Shown here one piece after another: positions 1 to 6,574 of a stretch of DNA of 14,305 bases (positions within the stretch are counted from its first letter, which is position 1; every line of letters begins with the position of its first letter). This DNA is from Bdellovibrionota bacterium (GTDB lineage: Bacteria > Bdellovibrionota_C > UBA2361 > JBGSMV01). Under the pieces are notes generated by a model, which searched no databases, was not told the DNA's origin, and worked only from the letters and a program-made list of their open reading frames with translations. The DNA lies in NCBI GenBank assembly GCA_044356455.1, contig JBIKWF010000113.1, forward strand, positions 1 to 14,305. The letters are read 5' to 3'. A program made the position numbers and the translations under genes.

Positions 1-1
1 C

Positions 2-643
2 GGACATCTTGGTGAACGTGATTTCCCGCGCCTCGTGGACGCGGCGAGCCGGATTGCCGAATCGCCGGTGTTTATCGACGATACTGCTGCGATTACGATT
101 ACCGAGCTTCGGGCAAAGGCGAGAAGACTTCACCGCGAACATCCGCTCTCGCTTATTGTTGTTGACTATTTGCAGCTCATGCGCAGCCCGGCGTACAGCC
201 ATAGCCGTGAACAAGAAATTTCCGACATCTCGCGTTCTCTTAAAGCGATTGCAAAGGAGCTCAAGGTTCCGGTTATTGCACTCTCTCAGCTTAATCGATC
301 CGTTGAGTCGCGCGTCGACAAGCGCCCCGTGATGTCCGACCTGCGTGAGTCGGGCGCTATCGAGCAGGACGCTGATGTGATTATGTTTGTTTACCGCGAC
401 GAGGTATATAATCCAGAAACCCCGGATCGCGGCGTCGCCGAGTTGATTATCGCGAAGCAGCGTAATGGTCCCGTAGGCACCGTGCGTGTCGCGTTCTCTC
501 CCGAATTTACGCGCTTTGATAATCTTGAAGAGCGTGAAGATGTTTCGGGAATGGCTGATGCATCATCCGGTGGAACCGGGACTCTATCCGGAGCTGCCCC
601 GGGAGGAGAGCAGCCTTTTGATTTCACGGAAGAGCCCTTCTAG
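2..643 (+). CDS. dnaB: Replicative DNA helicase DnaB, C-terminal part (5'-truncated by the window edge)
   Basis: Frame is open from base 2 ([15 protein letters not shown]...). Carries the DnaB motifs [53 protein letters not shown] and IIAKQRNGP. Confidence 0.97.
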   Translation, partial: GHLGERDFPRLVDAASRIAESPVFIDDTAAITITELRAKARRLHREHPLSLIVVDYLQLMRSPAYSHSREQEISDISRSLKAIAKELKVPVIALSQLNRSVESRVDKRPVMSDLRESGAIEQDADVIMFVYRDEVYNPETPDRGVAELIIAKQRNGPVGTVRVAFSPEFTRFDNLEEREDVSGMADASSGGTGTLSGAAPGGEQPFDFTEEPF

Positions 644-666
644 GGGGCTAGTAGAACAGTTGCATT

Positions 667-1464
667 ATGTTTCAGAAGCTCTCGCGAGTGACGAACTCGC
701 CCTTGTTTCAAAACGCAGTCCTCGCACTCATAGTCTTTAATGCGGTATTGCTGGGGTTTGAGACGGACGCCTCTTTTCGTTCTCAATATGAGCCCGTTCT
801 GGCGCTGATTCATTCGACCATTACGGTGCTCTTTTTGATTGAATTGGCCCTTCGAATCTTAGCCTGTGCGCCGAGGTTCTGGTCCTTTTTCCGTGATGGC
901 TGGAATCTTTTTGATTTCTTCATAGTCCTTGCGTCATTGCTCCCGTCGGGTGGCCAATTTGCAACGGTCGCCCGTTTGGCAAGGATTCTTCGACTCCTGA
1001 GAGTGGTCACCCTCTCTCAGGAACTGCGCCTTATTGTGGGGACGATGCTTCGTTCCCTCCCTTCGATGGGACATGTGATCGCGCTTCTTTCTATTCTGCT
1101 TTACGTCTACGCCATTGTGGGCAACTTCCTCTTCGCTCCCTTAGATCCGGAAAAATGGGGAACGCTTAAGGCGTCACTTCTGACCTTGTTTCAAGTGTTG
1201 ACACTGGAAGGATGGGTGGAACTCCAAGATCGGGTGATGCTGACCTATCCTTTTGCCTGGGTTTATTTCATCTCCTTTATTATCATTGCTGTCTTTGTGG
1301 TAATTAATCTTTTTATCGCTGTAGTTACGAACAATCTTCAGTCAGTGAAGGAAGATGAAGGCCAGGGTGATTCGGAGTCAAGTGTTGAGGCTCAGCTCGC
1401 TCAGATGAGAAGAGAAATCATGCAGCTAAGCTCTCGGCTACAAAATCAAAACTCGCGTCAGTGA
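667..1464 (+). CDS. Prokaryotic voltage-gated cation channel (BacNav/ion_trans family), possibly Ca2+-selective
   Basis: Six hydrophobic segments, FFRDGWNLFDFFIV (S2-S3), S4 with Arg every third residue (RLARILRLLR), pore LLTLFQVLTLEGWVE, S6 FVVINLFIAVV, and a C-terminal coiled-coil-like tail. Confidence 0.93.
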   Translation: MFQKLSRVTNSPLFQNAVLALIVFNAVLLGFETDASFRSQYEPVLALIHSTITVLFLIELALRILACAPRFWSFFRDGWNLFDFFIVLASLLPSGGQFATVARLARILRLLRVVTLSQELRLIVGTMLRSLPSMGHVIALLSILLYVYAIVGNFLFAPLDPEKWGTLKASLLTLFQVLTLEGWVELQDRVMLTYPFAWVYFISFIIIAVFVVINLFIAVVTNNLQSVKEDEGQGDSESSVEAQLAQMRREIMQLSSRLQNQNSRQ

Positions 1465-1547
1465 GCCGCGTACTTCGAGTTATTCTATGAATCGCCTTTA
1501 ATCTTTCAATTCAATCCTTTACTCACTCCTGTGCGACAGTATGCAGT

Positions 1548-1808
1548 ATGAGGATAGGGTCATTCTCGGGCAATTACGGCGTATATCCGTTCATGACGAG
1601 GGTCTCTGTTGGGGACTTTCCAGTGAACGAGGTAGCTCCCTCTCGCGAAGGGACGGCCTTTACTGAAGGAGAACCCATTCAACCCTTCGATATTCCTAGG
1701 TATGGGAGAGATAAGTCGTTGAAATCGACTGAGGCTGGCTCCTCCATTAGTCAAGGCGATAGCCAAAACGGTCAAGTCCCGAGGGCAAGAATTTCGGTTT
1801 ATGCGTAG
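1548..1808 (+). CDS. Small hypothetical protein (86 aa)
   Basis: Only + strand ORF filling the gap between the channel gene and the first repeat; hydrophilic, ends RISVYA. No clear RBS and no family recognised with confidence. Confidence 0.5.
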   Translation: MRIGSFSGNYGVYPFMTRVSVGDFPVNEVAPSREGTAFTEGEPIQPFDIPRYGRDKSLKSTEAGSSISQGDSQNGQVPRARISVYA

Positions 1809-1843
1809 CCATCATCGCTCGCTTTGCCAGAGGGGTTTCTTAG

Positions 1844-1973
1844 GGAAGCCCTGAAAAAGTCCGCTCTGTGATCTCTGTGCCCTCTGTGGTTGATTTAAAT
1901 TGTTGAAAAACCACAGAGGGCACAGAGAACACGGAGGGAAAGAAATAAAATATCGAGGTTTTTCAGAGGTTCC
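1844..1973. mobile_element. MITE-like element copy 1 (130 bp)
   Basis: Terminal inverted repeats GGAAGCCCTGAAAAA / TTTTTCAGAGGTTCC (13/15), flanks TTAG (1840-1843) and CTGG (1974-1977). Internal 28-bp inverted repeat 1864-1891 / 1909-1936 (26/28). Closely similar to 12620-12791. Confidence 0.8.
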
Positions 1974-2004
1974 CTGGTCATGTAATTGGCTAGTTTCGCG
2001 CCAC

Positions 2005-2052
2005 GTGCCGGCACGAGAGATCTTGCGGCACCCTGGGGACAGGGCGCCCTAC
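2005..2052 (-). repeat. Single GTAG-type REP hairpin with conserved extension
   Basis: Minus strand reads GTAG GGCGCCCTG TCCC CAGGGTGCC GCAAGATCTCTCGTGCCGGCAC; matches units at 8691-8738 and 14176-14223. Confidence 0.8.
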
Positions 2053-2079
2053 CTGAACGACAGTTGGTGAATGGTCTAA

Positions 2080-3087
2080 TTAAATTCTCCCCTTGGCATC
2101 ATCGATGGCTTTCTCGATGGCCAGTAAGAAGGATTTTGGCCAATAGAGCCCGCGCGTGCTCAGCAGGTCTTCCGCCTCGCCCAGCTGGGTGTCTCGGGCC
2201 TCTCTCTCGTCGTCGTTGTCGGGAGGTACCCCTGCCTCTATTCGTGAGACATCTCGCACGAGCGACAGTTCTAACTTGTCGATAGAATCTTGAGGATTCG
2301 TGAGTAGTCCACGCTGCGCTGCTTCAGCTGCGGATGAATAAGTGCCCTCAGCAAAGAACAGAAGTGCTTGCGCAAGGAGCGCGTCGGAGTCGGTGCGAAA
2401 AAAGGTGTCCGACATAGCGCTTGCGAGCTCTTTGCGTGCGGCCTTGATGCGTCCTTGGGCCGTGAGGAGCCTAATTCTCCGCAGCTGTCTTGCGGGCGAC
2501 GGGGCAAGGTGAACGGAGAGCTCTGAAAAACACAAAGCCTTTTCCTCATCTCCCAAGCGAAAGGCGAGAGCCGAAATGCTTTGGGCTTGATTGGCAGCGC
2601 CAGACCAGTCGCCCTTATCTACGAACTGCCAAAGTGATTTTTCCAGTAGAGAGTACGCCGGTTTATATGCCGCACGGCGGATTTCTGCGAGTGCGCTTCC
2701 CGCGGTCAGGGATGGATCGGAGGGGGCGTCCTTACTCAGTGATTGGTAAAGATTTGTTGCTTCCTCAGGGAGACCTAAGCGCTCATACGTGGACGCAAGA
2801 GAGCGCTGGAGATTTTTAGCGTGCGGACTAAGGTACAAGGCTTGATGGAACTTGAGAGCGGCATCAATAAGCCGGCCTTGATTTGAGTATCCCATGGCCT
2901 CATTTGCGAGGCGCACGGCGAGGAGGTCCTTAGAGGCAACGCCTGCGGGAATGAGGCGTTCGGGCGCGGCCGCGGGAGCGCATCCCGTGAAGAACATCGA
3001 AAGAATACCAAGTGAAAAGAAAGATAGGCGCCGCACCCCGAGAGAAACGGGTGTGCGCTGGGCCAATATGTTCTTGCTCACTCTCAT
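2080..3087 (-). CDS. Putative TPR-repeat lipoprotein
   Basis: Start re-called at ATG 3087, which overlaps the dprE2 stop (ATGA); the ORF track starts at 3156. Signal-like RRLSFFSLGILSMFFTG-C (lipobox, Cys36), then Ala/Leu-rich TPR-like helices (AALKFHQALYLSP, LASTYERLGLPEEATNLYQ, AAEAAQRGLLTNP). Confidence 0.75.
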   Translation of the reverse strand: MRVSKNILAQRTPVSLGVRRLSFFSLGILSMFFTGCAPAAAPERLIPAGVASKDLLAVRLANEAMGYSNQGRLIDAALKFHQALYLSPHAKNLQRSLASTYERLGLPEEATNLYQSLSKDAPSDPSLTAGSALAEIRRAAYKPAYSLLEKSLWQFVDKGDWSGAANQAQSISALAFRLGDEEKALCFSELSVHLAPSPARQLRRIRLLTAQGRIKAARKELASAMSDTFFRTDSDALLAQALLFFAEGTYSSAAEAAQRGLLTNPQDSIDKLELSLVRDVSRIEAGVPPDNDDEREARDTQLGEAEDLLSTRGLYWPKSFLLAIEKAIDDAKGRI

Positions 3088-3833
3088 ATGCTGAGTCGCT
3101 TGAACACCACCTCGGGGATGGAACGGATAATGAGAAGAATGTAGCGCCAAAACCAAGGGACATATACCACATCACTTCCCCAGGCTGTGGGCTTGGAAAG
3201 CGTCTTGTGAATTGCGGCGCCTACAACCGCGGCCGAGGCGAACAGTGGGCCCTTTTTAAGGTGTTTGGTCATCGGTGTGTCTACGAACCCGGGCTTGATG
3301 GTGACCACACGAACGCCGGAGGCGAAGAGCCTGTTTCGTAGTCCCCCTAAGAAAAGCTCCAAAGCGCCTTTGGCTGCTCCATATTCATAATTACTCTTGC
3401 GTCCTCTGTCCCCTGCCACGGAACCAATAGCAGCTATCGTTCCACGCTTTTCCCTCTCGAAATAACGGGCGGCGACTGAAAGCCAGGAGGCTGCACTAGT
3501 GAAATTGACCGCGAGCATATCATTCAGCGCAGCAACTGATTCACGGCAAAGCGCGGGGTCTCCGAGAGAGCCATACGCGAGCAAGACAAGGTCAATTCCG
3601 TCCAAGGTGGCCCTGGCCTGCTCAAAACTAACCTCGATGAGAGAAGTGTTTGCAAGGTCAACAACGAGGGGCGTAGCACCTACTGCTCCCCTGCCTAGAA
3701 GATCGGAACGAATGGTATCTAGATGCCCGGGATGCCTGGCCGCAAGCACAAAAGATGCGCCTTCGGCGGCGAAGCAGCGCGCAACTTCGATGGCGATGGC
3801 GGAGGTTGCTCCCAGTATTAAAATCTTTTTCAT
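3084..3833 (-). CDS. dprE2: SDR oxidoreductase, DprE2-like (polyprenylphosphoryl-2-keto-erythropentose reductase)
   Basis: ILILGATSAIA nucleotide-binding loop, GSVAGDRGRKSNYEYGAAK (YxxxK), IKPGFVDTPMT; directly downstream of a DprE1 homolog. Confidence 0.85.
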   Translation of the reverse strand: MKKILILGATSAIAIEVARCFAAEGASFVLAARHPGHLDTIRSDLLGRGAVGATPLVVDLANTSLIEVSFEQARATLDGIDLVLLAYGSLGDPALCRESVAALNDMLAVNFTSAASWLSVAARYFEREKRGTIAAIGSVAGDRGRKSNYEYGAAKGALELFLGGLRNRLFASGVRVVTIKPGFVDTPMTKHLKKGPLFASAAVVGAAIHKTLSKPTAWGSDVVYVPWFWRYILLIIRSIPEVVFKRLSI

Positions 3834-3885
3834 CAGATAGTCCTAAAAATAAGCCTCGCGCGACAAGCCAAAGACATGTCTCTAC

Positions 3886-5247
3886 CTATGCCGCACGTAC
3901 GCGCCTCCAGAAACTCGAAGAGAACTTAGGGTCTATGAAGTGAGAGAACTCCGAGGCTCGCGGATAGAACTCTGCGAACGATTGAGCGCTCATCGTGGCA
4001 TCTTTGGCCGGGTACATGGCGCCCCCAAGGTCTCGAACCATGTTTTCGAGCTTTGAAAGCAGCTTAAAGGTGCGGTCCCCGCGGTGCCCGAAATCAAGGC
4101 AGAGGGTCGTTCCGGGTCTTGGGAAGGAGAGCATGCCGGGAGATGGCAATGAGCCAAACTCTTTTATTACTGCTAGAAAAGACGCTTCTCCCGAATCAAC
4201 GACGGCTTGAAACACTTGCTTTAGTCCTCTGCCGTCATCACTACTTGGCACGACACACTGGAACTGGAAGAAACCACGCTTCCCGTAGACACGGTTCCAA
4301 TTGAGAACGCTATCGAGCGGATAAAAGAAGGGGCCATAGGGAGTGATGCGGGTCCGGCTCACTTCGGTCTGTTTATGGAAGTAGACGCTATTAAACCAGC
4401 GGACGGTGGTGGGGCTAAGCAGAAAATCAGGCGCGTCCATAGGTACCCCCGCAAGCGCCTTAAAGCGCTGCGCCTTTTTGCACTCGCGAGCAAAGGAAGG
4501 CGGAAGGGTCTCGGCTTCGGCATGATTGCCGCGAATGAAAATGCCGCGGCTAAAGTTGGAGCCTTTTGAAACACAATCAATCCAGGCCACCGTATAATCA
4601 AAGCGCTCCTCGGATTCCTTTGAAATCTGGCGAAACTCATCAAGGGAGCGAAATTGAATCTCTTCGACATGGATAAAGGGGGACGAAATTTTATGTAGTT
4701 GGATTTCTGCGGACAGAATCAGCCCCGTGAGTCCAAGTCCTGCAATAGTCGCTCGAAAGAGATCCCCATTCTCAACCGGGGTGCATCTGGCAACCAATCC
4801 ATTCGAGCGCAAAAGCGTGAGGGAGAGAACGTGGCGTCCAAAGGTGCCGGCGCGGTGGTGGTTCTTGCCGTGAATATCATTGGCAATCGCGCCCCCTACG
4901 GTCACGAAGCGAGTGCCTGGAGTCACTGGGAGAAACCAGCCGGCAGGAACCGCTACTTCGAGAATCTGTTGCAGCGACATCCCTGATTCGCAGTGCAAGC
5001 GGCCTGAGGCCTTATCAAACGAGACAATACGGTCGAGATGCCGCGTGCTAAGAATCACATTCTGGTCGTTAAGGCAGGCGTCTCCATAACTGCGCGCAAG
5101 CCCCTGCGGGAGTACTGACTTGCCTGCGAGTCGTTCCCCGAGCGGAAATATCCTGTCATCACGCCATGAGAGCGGAATTACTTCTTGCTGCACCTGAGGG
5201 TAGCGCCCCCAGGAGAGATATGCGGCGTTAGTCTCGGAGCTTTCCAT
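3886..5247 (-). CDS. dprE1: FAD-linked oxidase, DprE1-like (polyprenylphosphoryl-beta-D-ribose 2'-oxidase)
   Basis: GLARSYGDA, FLPVTPGTRFVTVGGAIANDIHGKNHH, FFYPLD, WNRVYGKRGFFQFQ, LSFPRPGTTLCLDF and YPAKD are all DprE1-family motifs. Confidence 0.9.
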   Translation of the reverse strand: MESSETNAAYLSWGRYPQVQQEVIPLSWRDDRIFPLGERLAGKSVLPQGLARSYGDACLNDQNVILSTRHLDRIVSFDKASGRLHCESGMSLQQILEVAVPAGWFLPVTPGTRFVTVGGAIANDIHGKNHHRAGTFGRHVLSLTLLRSNGLVARCTPVENGDLFRATIAGLGLTGLILSAEIQLHKISSPFIHVEEIQFRSLDEFRQISKESEERFDYTVAWIDCVSKGSNFSRGIFIRGNHAEAETLPPSFARECKKAQRFKALAGVPMDAPDFLLSPTTVRWFNSVYFHKQTEVSRTRITPYGPFFYPLDSVLNWNRVYGKRGFFQFQCVVPSSDDGRGLKQVFQAVVDSGEASFLAVIKEFGSLPSPGMLSFPRPGTTLCLDFGHRGDRTFKLLSKLENMVRDLGGAMYPAKDATMSAQSFAEFYPRASEFSHFIDPKFSSSFWRRVRAA

Positions 5248-5264
5248 GGATCTTCAAAGTGCCT

Positions 5265-6155
5265 TTAAATTGCCGCGCCCAGAACAATCAGGGCTGCGAA
5301 CCCTACTCCGTAACTCACACGGTCCGTAAGCGCAAATACGATGGGGTCATCGTGAACTTCCCCCCTGTGAGCAAGTAGCCATACTCGGGTTACCCAATAT
5401 AGGAGCAGCGGGCAAAGCAGGTATATTACTTGTGGCCACGAATAGAGGGTCATCACTTCCTTGCTGCTTACATATAACGCGAGCACGAGGACGGAGAGAT
5501 ACCCTGAGGCGCAGCCGCACTGAGAGATAAGTTCGAGATCTTCCGGCTGGTATCCCCTCCGCGAGGACTCAGCGCCATTCCCAAGCTTCACCATGCGCAG
5601 CTCCGAGAAGCGCTTTACGCAGGCCAGGCTTAGGAAAAAGAACATCGAGAAGAGCAGAAGCCACTGAGAGACGTGAACTTCAGCCGCAAAAGCACCTGCA
5701 AGAATTCGAAGGGTATAGAGAGAGGCAAGGACGAGGATGTCCGCGACTATTAAGGCCTTAATTCTAACTGAGTAGGCGCTGCTGATAATGAGGTAGAGTC
5801 CAAGGAGCAAGCCAAATTTAAGCGGCAAAAAGGCCACCAGGACCGCGGCGCAGCCAAGGCACAAAGCCCCCAGGACCGCAGCAGTTCTAATCGAGAGGGC
5901 CCCACTTGCGAGTGGGCGGTTACGTTTGGAGCGGTGTTTCTTATCTGCCTCAAGGTCAAGAATGTCATTGCAGATGTATACAAAGGAGGCGCCGCAGCAA
6001 AAGGCAAAAAAAGCTCCTAGGGCACCCAAAACTGCGCTTGAGTTGGCCACTTGATGGGCCATAAGTAACGGCAAGACAATCAGCAGGTTTTTGACCCACT
6101 GATGGACTCTTAGCTGCCGGGCACAAAGAAGGAGGAAACTACGAGAGTGCGACAT
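5265..6155 (-). CDS. ubiA: UbiA-family prenyltransferase, DPPR-synthase/NoeC type (PRPP:polyprenyl-phosphate phosphoribosyltransferase)
   Basis: LRVHQWVKNLL, YICNDILDLEADKKHRSKRNRPLASG, LYTLRILAG, KRFSEL, HDDPIVFALTD; multi-pass membrane protein. Start most likely ATG 6155 (ORF track 6245). Confidence 0.9.
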   Translation of the reverse strand: MSHSRSFLLLCARQLRVHQWVKNLLIVLPLLMAHQVANSSAVLGALGAFFAFCCGASFVYICNDILDLEADKKHRSKRNRPLASGALSIRTAAVLGALCLGCAAVLVAFLPLKFGLLLGLYLIISSAYSVRIKALIVADILVLASLYTLRILAGAFAAEVHVSQWLLLFSMFFFLSLACVKRFSELRMVKLGNGAESSRRGYQPEDLELISQCGCASGYLSVLVLALYVSSKEVMTLYSWPQVIYLLCPLLLYWVTRVWLLAHRGEVHDDPIVFALTDRVSYGVGFAALIVLGAAI

Positions 6156-6354
6156 GCGGACGGCTTTGCGAAGAAAAATTAAGAGCTTTGGTCTCTTCGG
6201 CAAGCAGTGTTTCAACGATTGGGCTACGTTGCAAGAGGCCGCCATGCCTTTGGTGCTTGGCCGAGAGGAAAACCATTAGATTTACAAGCTTAGTCCCTGC
6301 TTGCTAGGCTTTGATGGTGTCTTGTGTGCCAATTTGATTTTGCGCCTTACTTAG

Positions 6355-6476
6355 GTAGCCTCTGAAAAACTCCCCCTCCGCGTTCTTTTAAAACTATTGA
6401 ATAACGCTGAGGACGCTGAGTACGCGGAGGGAAAGCAGGGCAAAAAAGTTCCTTTTCGAGGTTTTTTAGAGGTTCC
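6355..6476. mobile_element. MITE-like element copy 2 (122 bp, divergent interior)
   Basis: TIRs GTAGCCTCTGAAAAAC / GTTTTTTAGAGGTTCC (13/16); TTAG direct repeats at 6351-6354 and 6477-6480. 9-bp units AACGCTGAG GACGCTGAG TACGCGGAG (6403-6429); internal inverted repeat 6374-6383 / 6422-6431. Confidence 0.75.
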
Positions 6477-6574
6477 TTAGGTAGCTATAAAGCGAACATT
6501 TCCGCAGAGCTCGGAGGTGCGCCTTATCGGGCGGGCTTTGACTTTTTTGCGACGCTGTTTTGTGACTTTGTTTT

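Noticed and set aside
1511..1540. Sigma-28 promoter for the 86-aa ORF
   Set aside because: The match to TAAA-N15-GCCGATAA is too poor in both spacing and sequence.
1805..1843. GTAG at 1805 as the missing partner arm of the solo REP at 2027-2052, split by the MITE
   Set aside because: No GGCGC hairpin follows it, the GTAG is simply the ORF stop, and removing the MITE plus 4 bp gives 114 bp rather than 120.
1986..2285. 99-aa + strand ORF and the other short overlapping ORFs in the track
   Set aside because: They run through REP DNA or overlap well-supported genes in other frames, and have no motifs.
6156..6350. Remnant HAD phosphatase domain upstream of ubiA
   Set aside because: The in-frame upstream translation shows no HAD motifs and reaches a stop at 6276-6278.
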